Origin: a virus
Taxonomy: Duplodnaviria; Caudoviricetes
Reading direction: 5' to 3' (one strand)
Length of the DNA stretch: 64,000 bases
Virus record (IMG/VR): IMGVR_UViG_3300032219_002227
Location: 109,247 to 173,246 of that record
Under the pieces are notes generated by a model, which worked only from the letters and a program-made list of their open reading frames with translations, searched no databases and was not told where the DNA came from. Of the stretch, positions 29,601-39,373 are shown in pieces (the stretch's first letter is position 1; each line of letters opens with the position of its first letter). A program made the translations under genes and the position numbers.

Positions 29601-30193
29601 CTTGGGCACCAGGAGGTGGAGGCGGAGGAACACCAGGAGGTTCAAATACACAAATACAATATAATAATGCATCTACTTTTGGTGGAGTGCCAGTATTAAC
29701 TTATGATGGTACTACATTAAGAGCAACAGGTTCATTTACTGGATCATTAACAGGAGCATTAATTGGTACAGCTTCATTTGCAACATCGGCATCATGGGCC
29801 CCAAGTGCTGGTGGATCTACATTTCCTTTTACTGGTACTGCTGTTATAACAGGCTCATTAGTTGTAACTGGATCTTTTGATCTTAATAATACTAGATTTA
29901 ATTCTACTTCATCCGCAACAACAGCAGGTACAACAATAGTATCTTCTAATGCTACTGGTTCTTTTAATTCAGCATTCTATAATTACTATATATCATCTGG
30001 TTCAAATGCTAGAGCAGGACAAATTATGTCTGTATGGAGTGGTAGTACAATAAATTATACTGAAGTAACAACTACTGATATAGGAAATACAAATACAGCT
30101 TCTCTTGCTGTAACATTAGCTACAGGAAATGTGCGTTTAAGTTTTACAGCACCTGGTGTTTGGACAGTAAGATCAATTGTTAACCTATTATAA
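26660..30193 (+). CDS. Long modular fibre protein (MPNWKKVIVSGS type)
   Basis: x-Ala-x repeats, GNVGIGTT.P repeats, WTVDHNLN..YP module, GTNDAQNL.FETNG module, internal duplications. Confidence 0.75.
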   Translation: MPNWKKVIVSGSNATLNSLFVSTSVTASIFSGSAFTGSLFGTASWANNATTSSFATNAGSASYALNAGNAQSASFAATASSADNFLVRGTLTAQTIVAQVITSSTDFVTGSTRFGTLLSNTHQFTGSVSITGSLAMNGDINVTPDKIISAGGNGSAQAGVSMWGTQNASLGWDGFFGRSLYYSGSNYIYSSTNAASLWGTVAGIRVLGSVASALQFIARPATEQGLNVTASDIGSYTRMTILYDGNIGIGTTSPTATLHVSNSTTPSVFRVDTAGGVGSLFVSASSNVGIGTTTPSAKLDVNGNTVITGSLTVITGSNIELQVLNTGVRIGNIITDVHTVTGSLGVSGSVTATNFTGSLFGTASWANNVVSSSYALNAGNAQTASFAITASFALNGGGGPSGPSSGAAYTHTQAAPSTTWTVDHNLNNSYPVVTVYDFSGFVVVPLNISSSNVNRTTITFSYGATGYATAVAAGVSNIISASFATNAATAQTASFFGGSISSAVSASYASSSTSASFATNAVTAQTASFFSGTVTSASYALNAGNTQTASFATNANSASYALNAGNTISASFATNTNSASYALNAGNAQSASFANNAGSASYALNAGNAQSSSFAATASSADNFTVRGTLTAQTIVVQTITSSTDFITGSTRFGTLASNTHVFTGSVSISGSLTVQGAISGSNITGSLLGTASYANNALSSSYAVNSGNTISASFSTNAGSSSYALNAGNTISASFTTNAGSASYALNAGNSITASFATNANSASYALNAGNAQSASFATNAANAFIQNGNSFGAQALLGTNDAQNLAFETNGTIRMTVDSNGNVGIGTNVPTRSLDIRGAARIETASTTEFDFIGGGGNILRISCGATIPFIGTLTNAPLGFFTGATERARIDANGNFGIGTTAPSARLDVSGSTVITGSLTVITGSNIELQVLNTGVRIGNIITDVHTITGSLGISGSVTATNFTGSLLGTASFATSASWAPGGGGGGTPGGSNTQIQYNNASTFGGVPVLTYDGTTLRATGSFTGSLTGALIGTASFATSASWAPSAGGSTFPFTGTAVITGSLVVTGSFDLNNTRFNSTSSATTAGTTIVSSNATGSFNSAFYNYYISSGSNARAGQIMSVWSGSTINYTEVTTTDIGNTNTASLAVTLATGNVRLSFTAPGVWTVRSIVNLL

Positions 30194-30204
30194 AATAAAG
30201 GTAT

Positions 30205-31809
30205 ATGGCATTTCATTGTGGACCAAGACCAGAAAATATACTTCCTGTATTTTTATTAAATAATTACCCAGGAGCGTCTGCTGCTTATTCTCTTAGAAAA
30301 GTAGATTCTGCATATGCTGGATCTGCTATTAAAGTAAGAAGATCGTCTGATAATACTGAACAGGATATAGGATTTGTCAATAATCGATTAGATACCGGAT
30401 CTCTAACTACTTTTGTTGGATCTGGAAATGGATTTGTTTCTGTATGGTATGATCAATCTGGAAATGGTAGACACGTAAGTCAATCCGTTTTGACTAGTCA
30501 ACCTCGAATAGTAAGTGCTAGTGTAATAGAAAATATAGGAGGAAGACCAGTATTAAATTGGCATACTTCTTCTGTCTATTTAAATAGACAAAATACAACA
30601 TATAGTGCAAGTGCAGCTTTTTTTGTTGCACGAGCTAGTAGTTCTCATTTTAGTGCTTTTGCGCCTGTTTTTGGTGGTGCTAATTTAGGAGCATCAGCTG
30701 GAGCAATACGACTACAATTAACAACTACATATTATGCTGCTGTTTCTACTGGTGTTAATACTGGAGGTGATTTAACATTTTCTGATGGTCAGTTTTATAT
30801 TAATGATAATATAATTAGTGCTAGTTTTGATAATAATAGAAAATATCATATAGGATCTGTTATGGCCGGAAGTGCAAGTAGAGTCTTAACTGCTGTGCAA
30901 ATAGGAGTAGAAAATCTAACTACTAGAACATGGGCTGGACAAATTCAAGAAATGATTCTATATCCTAACGACCAATCAGCTAGTAGGGTTAACATCCAGA
31001 ATAATATAAATAGCTACTACGTAGTATATGATACTACAGGATATAGACTAATAGATCCATACATACGTGTTCCTGCAGCTTATTCTTTACGTTTAGTATC
31101 GTCAACTTATTATGATAGATTTGCTATCAGAGTAAGAAGATCATCTGATAATGCTGAACAAGATATTGGATTTGTAGGTGATGATTTAGATACAGCTTCC
31201 TTACTTTCATTTGCTGGTGCTGGAAGTGCATTTGTTACTACATGGTACGACCAATCTGGTAATCAAAACCATGCTATACAAACAACATCAGCTAACCAAC
31301 CAAGAATAGTAAATACAGGAAGTCTTGATACAGTAAATGGCAAACCAGCATTGTACTTCTCAGGTACTTCAAGTACATTAAGTATAACTACAAATGTTTC
31401 ATATACATCTAATAATGTTGTTTTTGTTGCAAAAACAGATACATCACCTACTGCATATGCTGCTGTATATGCTGGTCAAGCCAATTCAAGAATCATACGA
31501 TTAGAATTAACAAATGCCTATTATAGACTAAATGGAGTAACATCTGATAGTAATGATTATTATTTCGGAGCTAGCATGTTTTTTAATGGAGGAGCAGCTT
31601 CAGTTAGTAATAATGCTTTAAACCAACATTTAGTATTTGCTAATAATGGATCTCCATCTACTTTAAATACTATAGTAGGAATTGGTTCTTATAATAATGC
31701 TGCTTTTTGGAAAGGTCATATTCAAGAATTAGTTGTATTTACTCAAAATGTATCTAGCAGCAGAGCAATAATAGAATCAAATATTAATTCATACTATTTA
31801 ATATATTAA
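30205..31809 (+). CDS. Tandem ConA/LamG-like (arabinofuranosidase-B-like) domain virion protein
   Basis: Two copies of AAYSLR..AI.VRRSSDN.EQDIGF..WYDQSGN..QPRIV. Confidence 0.7.
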   Translation: MAFHCGPRPENILPVFLLNNYPGASAAYSLRKVDSAYAGSAIKVRRSSDNTEQDIGFVNNRLDTGSLTTFVGSGNGFVSVWYDQSGNGRHVSQSVLTSQPRIVSASVIENIGGRPVLNWHTSSVYLNRQNTTYSASAAFFVARASSSHFSAFAPVFGGANLGASAGAIRLQLTTTYYAAVSTGVNTGGDLTFSDGQFYINDNIISASFDNNRKYHIGSVMAGSASRVLTAVQIGVENLTTRTWAGQIQEMILYPNDQSASRVNIQNNINSYYVVYDTTGYRLIDPYIRVPAAYSLRLVSSTYYDRFAIRVRRSSDNAEQDIGFVGDDLDTASLLSFAGAGSAFVTTWYDQSGNQNHAIQTTSANQPRIVNTGSLDTVNGKPALYFSGTSSTLSITTNVSYTSNNVVFVAKTDTSPTAYAAVYAGQANSRIIRLELTNAYYRLNGVTSDSNDYYFGASMFFNGGAASVSNNALNQHLVFANNGSPSTLNTIVGIGSYNNAAFWKGHIQELVVFTQNVSSSRAIIESNINSYYLIY

Positions 31810-31811
31810 TC

Positions 31812-32687
31812 ATGGGAATAACAGGTGGACCAAATATAGTAAGAGATAGCAGTTTAATACTGGATTTAGATGCATCTGATGACAACAGTAATTATAGAAC
31901 TAATGGTAGAATATGGAATGATTTAAGTGGAAATAGTAATACTGGATCTATTGTAAATGGAGCTGCTTTAAATAATGATAGTCTTGGTAGCTTTACCTTT
32001 AATGGTATAAATAGTTATATACTCCTACCAGCTAATTTTTTTAACAACAATGCAGGAACTCCTTTTACTGTTTCATTATGGTTTAAAACATCTACTGCTG
32101 GAATTATATTGGGGCAACAAGATACTAGTTCTCCTAATAGTGCATCTGGATATGTTCCTGCAATATACACCGATACTAATGGAAAGATTAGAACATCCTG
32201 TTTTTGGGGAGGTTCCACTACTAACCAATCAATATCTACATTAACTGTTACTGATAATGCATGGCATAATATAACAGTTACTTTTGCTTCTAATTCTCAA
32301 ATTAGTTATTTAGATGGAAATTCTTTTGCTACTTTAGCTAAAACTCAAACTACTTATGCTTCTGTATATTATTATTTCATAGGAACAGGAGCCTGGGTTG
32401 GTTGGCCATTCCCAGTGTTTAGTCCATTTTTTAGTGGAAGTATAGCAAACATGCTTTTCTATAATCGTGCCCTTAGTGCTACAGAAGTACAAGCAAACTA
32501 TAATCAATTTCAATCTCGCTTTAGTTCAACAACATCAAATATAATCACATATGTAACATTAAACCAAGCAACAGCTATAGGTATATTCAACAATGATGGT
32601 ATAGAATTTTCAAATATAATAGTTGGATACCCTTCATATGCATTAGCAAATGCTTTTGTTTTAGTAAATGAACAATCTACAATTTAA
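31812..32687 (+). CDS. LamG/ConA-like lectin domain virion protein
   Basis: LILDLDAS, WNDLSGN, FTVSLWFK, WHNITVT, YNRALSATEV. Confidence 0.8.
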   Translation: MGITGGPNIVRDSSLILDLDASDDNSNYRTNGRIWNDLSGNSNTGSIVNGAALNNDSLGSFTFNGINSYILLPANFFNNNAGTPFTVSLWFKTSTAGIILGQQDTSSPNSASGYVPAIYTDTNGKIRTSCFWGGSTTNQSISTLTVTDNAWHNITVTFASNSQISYLDGNSFATLAKTQTTYASVYYYFIGTGAWVGWPFPVFSPFFSGSIANMLFYNRALSATEVQANYNQFQSRFSSTTSNIITYVTLNQATAIGIFNNDGIEFSNIIVGYPSYALANAFVLVNEQSTI

Positions 32688-32728
32688 CAGATATGTATTG
32701 TAAAGTATATATCCACAAATCAATATAA

Positions 32729-35700
32729 ATGGCAAAAAATTTAGTAAGAAATTATACCTTTAATGCAGCTGCAAAAACAGTAGCATTCTCAGGTCACTAC
32801 ACTTTGAATCAATTATTATTGATTACAAATGCTACTCGCAACATTATTATCTATAACTTTGCAGATGCTACTTTAGGAGCTACTAGAAGCTATAATAGTA
32901 CAACTGACATTACAACATTTACATTAACATATAATACAGCAGCAGCTATGGCTAATGCTGATATAATTCAAATATATGTAGATGATTTATACAATGAATT
33001 TAGACCGGATGCTGTATTATTAGATCCAGTTGATAAACAAAGGGTATCTACACCCCAAGCCTTAATTGATACTGACTTTGAATATGGTACTCAAATTACA
33101 AAATGGGAAAATCTCATCTTAACAAATAATAGACCGTTTGCTTTTGCTATTCCTACTCAGATACCTAGTGTTTCTAGTATGACAATGAATACTAACTCTA
33201 GAATTGTAACTGCATCATTATCAGCGGGTGTAGCACCTGCAAACGGTACTCCAATTACAGTTCAAGATACTATTTTAATTATAGCAAATGGTAACTATTT
33301 AATTGAAACTGGTGGTGGTACAAGTACATTTACATACACAGCTAGAGGCACAAATACAACAACTATTACTTCTATATTTGATGCTAATAAAACAAATATA
33401 TTTAGAGGCCAACTTTTTACAGGAGTTAATATTGGTGGTGCTCCTACAATGGCTTTTACTTCTTCAAAGATTGATGTTACAACAACAGTTCCTCATGGTC
33501 TTTCATTAGGTAATGAAATTGCAATAACTGGATCAACAGCTTCTACTAATGCTCCAAATGGGTCATTTATTGTTTCAACAATACAATCACCAACTCGATT
33601 TTCATATTATGTACCTACAGGATCTATTCCAACAGGTACTCTATCAGGAACTGGAGCTATAATATACGTAAGACCACCAGGCCAAGTATTACATAGACCA
33701 TTCGATGGAGGTGTTCAGTTTTCAAGTAATGGTAGCTCAAATTATTCCCATACTCTTCGCCAAACAAGAAGGTATTTCCGTTACCAGTCAGGTAAAGGTA
33801 TTCAAATAAGTTCTGGTACTATTTTAAAACCAAATTTCCAAATTGATAGTTTAAGATCATCTGGTACAACAGTAACTGTTCAAACAAAAGAACAACATAA
33901 TATTATACCAAATGATACAATTACTGTTTTAGGTGCTAATGAATCTGCTTATAATGGTACTTTCGTTGTATCAAACGTAACAGGATACAATACCTTTACT
34001 TATACTGCCTTAACAACTCCATCTGCCGCTATTGCATCTGGTCTTTTCTCTTTATCAGTAGTAAACTGGTTTGGTGCTGTAAATAGATTAGGTATATTTG
34101 ATAATCAAAATGGATTATTTTTTGAGTATGACGGTCAGACTCTAAGTGCTGTTAGAAGAACCTCTACATTTCAACTTTCAGGAGAAGTAACTGTAACTTC
34201 TGGTTCAAATACAGTTATTCAAACAAGTACTTCTTTTCCTACAATATTCTCAAAGCAATTAGTTCCTGGTGATAATATTGTAATTCGAGGTGCCTCTTAT
34301 AGAGTAATAGATATAGCTAGTGACGTAAGTATGTCTATTAATCCATCTTATAGAGGAGCAACTTCCCAATTTGCTATTGTATCTAAAACACAAGATATTA
34401 AATTCCCTCAATCAACTTGGAACTTAGATAAATTGGATGGTACTGGACCTTCAGGCTATAATATAGATTTATCTAAAATGCAAATGTTCTATATTGATTA
34501 TAGTTGGTATGGAGCTGGTTTTATTCGTTGGGGACTTAGAGGAGCTAATGGACAAGTTACATATTGCCATAAAGTAATAAACAATAATACCAATACAGAA
34601 GCATATATGAGATCAGGTAACTTACCTGCTCGTTATGAATCTTTAACTCAACCTCCAATTACAATATTATCAGCATCTTTTGATACTGCTGCTACAACAT
34701 TGTTTGTTTCAAGTTCAGCTGGCTTCCCACTTTCAGGCACATTGTGTATTAGAGATGCAAGCAAATATGAATTTGTAACTTATCAAGGCACAGGTTCAAA
34801 TTCATTTAGTATCGTAAAAAGAGAACAATCTGGTTCCTTAGCCTTATCAATGACTATGAATAGTGGCTCTAATATAGCCTCAATTGCTCCAGCAGCAACA
34901 GCAAGTTTACAAATTGGACAAAGAATTATAGGTCCTGCCTTTCCAGATGGGACATTTATTAGTGCAATTTCAAGTTCATTTATAATACTTACTCAAGCAT
35001 CAACAGGTTCAAACCCAATAGCAATAGCAGCACCAATGGGTGTAGGTACAGCATCTAACTTTACATATGCAGCCGATGCTCCTGTAGCAGTTGAATTAGC
35101 ATATCCAACATTTGCACCTTCAATATCACACTGGGGTACATCGATTATTATGGATGGTAGATTCGATGATGATAAATCATTACTATTTACCTATGGCCAA
35201 TCTATAGCTACAAATATTCCTGTTGGGCAAACAAGAGCTCTATTCTCAATTAGAATTTCTCCTTCAGTTGATAGTGGAATACCGGCAGCATTTGGTGCTC
35301 GTGAATTAATAAACAGAATGCAGTTAGTATTAAGACAGTTAGGTGTTGCTACAAACCAAACAGTTAGTGGTAGTAATATTAACCTACTTGTAAGAGCTAA
35401 TCTTAACGGAACACCAAGTGGATCTGTAGCAAGAGCATGGACAAACGCAGTATCAGGTTCAACAACAGCCGTTAACTCATCTTTAGCCCAAATCGCTGAC
35501 TATGCAGGTCAAAACTACCAAGTAGATGGTGGTGAAACAATAGCTGGTTTCTTTGTAGATGGTACAGGTACATCAGATCTTTCGCTAGTACGAGATTTAG
35601 GTAATTCAATCTTAGGTGGAGGTGGTGCTACATCAAATATTCAAATTTATCCTGATGGTCCTGATATAGTAACTTTTATCGCACAAAACGTAGGTTTAAA

Positions 35701-35749
35701 TACTGTAAACGTATTTGGTCGTATATCATGGACAGAATCACAAGCATAA
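32729..35749 (+). CDS. Large beta-rich virion structural protein
   Basis: LLLITN..IIYNFAD, RVSTPQALIDTDFEYG, RQTRRYFRYQSGKG, IDYSWYGAG motifs recalled from large-phage structural proteins. Confidence 0.65.
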   Translation: MAKNLVRNYTFNAAAKTVAFSGHYTLNQLLLITNATRNIIIYNFADATLGATRSYNSTTDITTFTLTYNTAAAMANADIIQIYVDDLYNEFRPDAVLLDPVDKQRVSTPQALIDTDFEYGTQITKWENLILTNNRPFAFAIPTQIPSVSSMTMNTNSRIVTASLSAGVAPANGTPITVQDTILIIANGNYLIETGGGTSTFTYTARGTNTTTITSIFDANKTNIFRGQLFTGVNIGGAPTMAFTSSKIDVTTTVPHGLSLGNEIAITGSTASTNAPNGSFIVSTIQSPTRFSYYVPTGSIPTGTLSGTGAIIYVRPPGQVLHRPFDGGVQFSSNGSSNYSHTLRQTRRYFRYQSGKGIQISSGTILKPNFQIDSLRSSGTTVTVQTKEQHNIIPNDTITVLGANESAYNGTFVVSNVTGYNTFTYTALTTPSAAIASGLFSLSVVNWFGAVNRLGIFDNQNGLFFEYDGQTLSAVRRTSTFQLSGEVTVTSGSNTVIQTSTSFPTIFSKQLVPGDNIVIRGASYRVIDIASDVSMSINPSYRGATSQFAIVSKTQDIKFPQSTWNLDKLDGTGPSGYNIDLSKMQMFYIDYSWYGAGFIRWGLRGANGQVTYCHKVINNNTNTEAYMRSGNLPARYESLTQPPITILSASFDTAATTLFVSSSAGFPLSGTLCIRDASKYEFVTYQGTGSNSFSIVKREQSGSLALSMTMNSGSNIASIAPAATASLQIGQRIIGPAFPDGTFISAISSSFIILTQASTGSNPIAIAAPMGVGTASNFTYAADAPVAVELAYPTFAPSISHWGTSIIMDGRFDDDKSLLFTYGQSIATNIPVGQTRALFSIRISPSVDSGIPAAFGARELINRMQLVLRQLGVATNQTVSGSNINLLVRANLNGTPSGSVARAWTNAVSGSTTAVNSSLAQIADYAGQNYQVDGGETIAGFFVDGTGTSDLSLVRDLGNSILGGGGATSNIQIYPDGPDIVTFIAQNVGLNTVNVFGRISWTESQA

Positions 35750-35756
35750 AAATGTT

Positions 35757-36416
35757 ATGGCAACACAATTCGCATTTGGTAAAATAGTAACAGACGGATT
35801 AGTACTAGCATTAGATGCTGCTGATTCAAATTCATATGTTAGTGGAAGCACCACATGGGTTGATATGAGTGGAAATAATAATAGTGGTAGTTTAACTAAT
35901 GGACCTACTTTTTCAAATAATAGTATTGTATTTGATGGAGTAGATGATAGGATTACTTGTACAAATAATGCAAGTGTTCAAATAACAGTTGGAACTATCG
36001 GAGCATGGATAAACGCCAATTCAAATAATACCGGTTTTAGAGGTATAATAACAAAACAAAGTGCTTGGGGATTGTTCTTATCTGATAACGTATTAGTAAC
36101 TTATGATTGGGGAGGAGGTGGAACACGTTCTACGGGAATTAATATAGGAAATAATACTTGGAACTATGTGGCTATGAGTTTTACTGAAACCATCGGAACA
36201 CCATCAAATAATGCAATTGTATATCTTAATGGAAATCCTATTTTAACTACAACTGTGAGGCATAGTAGTCATACAGTTACAGTACAAATAGGAGATGGAA
36301 ATTCCGTTCAGTATTTTTCTGGAAGAATACCATCCGCACATATATATAATTTAGTTTTATCACCACAAGAAATTCTACAAAACTATAACGCACAAAAATC
36401 ACGCTTTAATTTATAA
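35757..36416 (+). CDS. LamG/ConA-like lectin domain virion protein
   Basis: IVTDGLVLALDAA, FDGVDD, IYNLVLSPQEILQNYNA; ATG 35757 preferred. Confidence 0.8.
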   Translation: MATQFAFGKIVTDGLVLALDAADSNSYVSGSTTWVDMSGNNNSGSLTNGPTFSNNSIVFDGVDDRITCTNNASVQITVGTIGAWINANSNNTGFRGIITKQSAWGLFLSDNVLVTYDWGGGGTRSTGINIGNNTWNYVAMSFTETIGTPSNNAIVYLNGNPILTTTVRHSSHTVTVQIGDGNSVQYFSGRIPSAHIYNLVLSPQEILQNYNAQKSRFNL

Positions 36417-36419
36417 ACT

Positions 36420-36677
36420 ATGGCATACGAAAACAGAGAATTTATGATCTTCGATGTATCCGAATTAGATACAATTAACTTTAATGAAGTGCTAGAAACA
36501 TCAATTGATACAGTAAGAAAATCAGTAGATGGAACAAAAACATTTGTTAAATGGGATGGAACAACTATCCCCTCATCAGTAGACTCATTAACAACTAAAG
36601 AAGGACCATATACCTACAACGAAATATTAGACATCCTCGCAACATCAGAATGGAATCAGCCTATGCCAATGTTATAA
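36420..36677 (+). CDS. Small phage protein next to LamG genes
   Basis: VLETSIDTVRKSVDGTKTFVKW..YTYNEIL..EW. Confidence 0.6.
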   Translation: MAYENREFMIFDVSELDTINFNEVLETSIDTVRKSVDGTKTFVKWDGTTIPSSVDSLTTKEGPYTYNEILDILATSEWNQPMPML

Positions 36678-36725
36678 TCTGTTATATTTATTCGTAGCTG
36701 TTGGACAGTGAAAACAGTATAAATT

Positions 36726-37745
36726 ATGCCAAACGAATTCAAAGTCAAAAATGGCCTACTTGTCAGTGGGTCTGCAAATATTAACTCCTCCGGATCAAGT
36801 GTATTCACTGTTGACGGCACATCAGGCCGCCTATTTTCTGTTGATGATTCACTTTCTGGATCCTTATTTTCAGTCAATACAGCAGCTGGTCTTCCTATAA
36901 TTGAAGCTTTTTCAGATAATACTGTTCGTATTGGACAGTTTGGACAAAGAGCACTTTTTGTTTCTCAATCTAGAGTAGGTATAGGTAAAGAAACAGGATT
37001 AAATGCAACCTTAGATGTTAGTGGAAGTGCTATTTTATCTGGATCCTTTACTGTTTTTACTACTGGTAGTGGGGCAGAATTTCAAGTACTAAATACAGGT
37101 GTTAAAATTGGTAATATTATTACTGATATTCATGCAATAACTGGATCTATAAGTGTTTCTGGTTCAATTACAGGTTCATTATTTGGAACTTCTTCATTTG
37201 CTTTAACTGCTTCTTTTGCTTCAAATGCAGGCGGTGGTGGTACTGTAACAGGCCAAATCATACTAACTGCAGGTGGTGGTTGGCCTTCCATTACATCAGG
37301 ATCTAATGCACCAATATTAGCAGAAACGGCAACTAATAGAGTCAACTTTTATTATATAGGTTTTCCTGATACTGTTCAAACATTTGCAAACTGGGCAATG
37401 CCAATGCCCTCTGATTATAATGGTGGTACTATAACCGCAGTATTTTATTGGGTAGCAGGTAGTGCATCAACAAATAGTGTGCGTTGGGGGTTAGCAGCTA
37501 GGGCATACGCTGATAGTGACGCATTAGACCAAGCATTTGGTACCGCACAAGAAGTAACAGATGCAAACCAAGCGAATGATGACGTTAATATATCCGCAGC
37601 GACTTCGGCAATTACAATTGGAGGTACACCTACAGGAAGTAACTTTGTACAATTTAGAGCTTTTAGAAACCCAGCAGATGCTGCTGACACTTTAGCGGCA
37701 ACTGCGGAACTTTTATCGATAAGAATAACATATACAAGAGCTTAA
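36726..37745 (+). CDS. Fibre protein (MPNEFKVKNGL type) with a distinct C-terminal domain
   Basis: GRLFSVDDSLSGSLFSVN module; shared QVLNTGVKIGNIITD module; C-terminal MPSDYNGGTITAVFYW domain. Confidence 0.65.
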   Translation: MPNEFKVKNGLLVSGSANINSSGSSVFTVDGTSGRLFSVDDSLSGSLFSVNTAAGLPIIEAFSDNTVRIGQFGQRALFVSQSRVGIGKETGLNATLDVSGSAILSGSFTVFTTGSGAEFQVLNTGVKIGNIITDIHAITGSISVSGSITGSLFGTSSFALTASFASNAGGGGTVTGQIILTAGGGWPSITSGSNAPILAETATNRVNFYYIGFPDTVQTFANWAMPMPSDYNGGTITAVFYWVAGSASTNSVRWGLAARAYADSDALDQAFGTAQEVTDANQANDDVNISAATSAITIGGTPTGSNFVQFRAFRNPADAADTLAATAELLSIRITYTRA

Positions 37746-37748
37746 AAT

Positions 37749-39041
37749 ATGCCATTAAATTTCGCACATGGTTCAGTTCAATGGTTAACAACAGATATAT
37801 TAAATGCAACTAAAGTTGTAACCGGATTAGGATTTACTCCTAAAGCATTAAGATTTTATTGGGTTGGTTTACAATCTAACTCACCAACAAACGCAGTAGC
37901 AGGTAATGTAAACGAAAGACGTGGTGTTGGATTTGCAGTAAGTGCTGCAAGTAGAAGATGTGTTGGTACTTTTTCATTAGATAATGATAACGGAGGTGCT
38001 CAGTGCGGTTCAGTTGCTATGAATACTTGTATTGCAGTCACAGTAACTGCGGCAGGTGCTGTTGACGGACAATTAGATCTAAGTAGTCTTGATGCGGACG
38101 GATTTACTTTGATTGTAGATGACGTAACACCTGCAAACATTACAGTATTTTGGGAAGCTTGGGGAGGTAGTGATATTACATCGGCTGTGATAGGAGATAT
38201 TGCAGAACCTGCAGCTACAGGAACACAAAACTATACTGTAAGTGGTTTTACAAGCGATGGACTGAATCAGTGTGTTATGTTTGCCGGGGTACAATCCGTA
38301 AATGCTGTTAATACAGGACAGGCTCAAGACTCAGGTTTGTGTGTTGGATTTGCAAGTTCAACAGCATCTGCAAACAACGTTGTTGTAGTTGGCAACTCAG
38401 ACGTAGGTTCAGACTCGACTGATACAGACGGATATTGTCAACAAGGAGAATGTTTAGCTCAAATTGTTATAGCAGGTGGTAACCCAGATGCAAGAGCAAA
38501 TCTTTCAGCGTGGGGAACTGATCTATTCACTCTTAACTGGACCAATAGAGCAACCACGAATAGAAGAAATATTTTTTTAGCAATCAAAGGTGGAAGTTGG
38601 ACAGCATCTTCATATACAATTGCTGGTAACACATTAAACTCAACTACTACAGTCTCTGAATTACCTTTTTTCTTAAAAGGTATATCTCTTATTGGTAGAA
38701 TGACAGCGCAAAGTACTGCTGGGACTTCAACAGCCCAAGATAGAATTGGCTTTGGTAGTGGATTATCAACAGCATCAAGAAACTCAGCAGGAATTATAGA
38801 CGCGAATAACCAAGATCCAACAGAAATTGGTACAATTGTACAATATAACTCTGTTCTATCTTTTCCAACCTCAGCTGGTGGTGTTACAACAACTTATGAT
38901 ATAAATGCATTTAATTTAAACGAATTTCAGATTATTGTTGATACAGCTGGCGGTGTAGCATCAGAGTTTCATGGATATTTAGCTTTCGGTGATCAAATGT
39001 TTCCGAGAATCCAAAGTGTTGGACATCCGTTTATAATTTAA
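37749..39041 (+). CDS. Beta-rich virion protein with internal repeats
   Basis: 430 aa; repeated units such as TGLGFTPKAL and SELPFFLKGI; more GC-rich codons than neighbours. Confidence 0.55.
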   Translation: MPLNFAHGSVQWLTTDILNATKVVTGLGFTPKALRFYWVGLQSNSPTNAVAGNVNERRGVGFAVSAASRRCVGTFSLDNDNGGAQCGSVAMNTCIAVTVTAAGAVDGQLDLSSLDADGFTLIVDDVTPANITVFWEAWGGSDITSAVIGDIAEPAATGTQNYTVSGFTSDGLNQCVMFAGVQSVNAVNTGQAQDSGLCVGFASSTASANNVVVVGNSDVGSDSTDTDGYCQQGECLAQIVIAGGNPDARANLSAWGTDLFTLNWTNRATTNRRNIFLAIKGGSWTASSYTIAGNTLNSTTTVSELPFFLKGISLIGRMTAQSTAGTSTAQDRIGFGSGLSTASRNSAGIIDANNQDPTEIGTIVQYNSVLSFPTSAGGVTTTYDINAFNLNEFQIIVDTAGGVASEFHGYLAFGDQMFPRIQSVGHPFII

Positions 39042-39053
39042 AAATATAACAAT

Positions 39054-39329
39054 ATGAGTTACACTACAAACGATTTTATTTACATTAGTACAGAATTAAC
39101 AGGAGAAGAATCTACTAAGATTGTTACTTTTGAGTATATGAATTTTGTTTACTCTGTTAGATGTTTTGAAAACATAATTCAATATATAGGAGGACAAAGA
39201 CATACCGAACCGCTAACAAATGGAGACATTCCTACCTATGAACAAGGCTTAGAACATGACCTCAGAAGAGAATTGTACAATGGAGATCATCAACCATTAC
39301 AAGAATGGATAGATAGTAATAATTACTAA
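39054..39329 (+). CDS. Hypothetical protein
   Basis: 91 aa ORF within the operon. Confidence 0.55.
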   Translation: MSYTTNDFIYISTELTGEESTKIVTFEYMNFVYSVRCFENIIQYIGGQRHTEPLTNGDIPTYEQGLEHDLRRELYNGDHQPLQEWIDSNNY

Positions 39330-39373
39330 TAACATAACTTTAAAATATTTATACTAGATAATCACAATACAAT

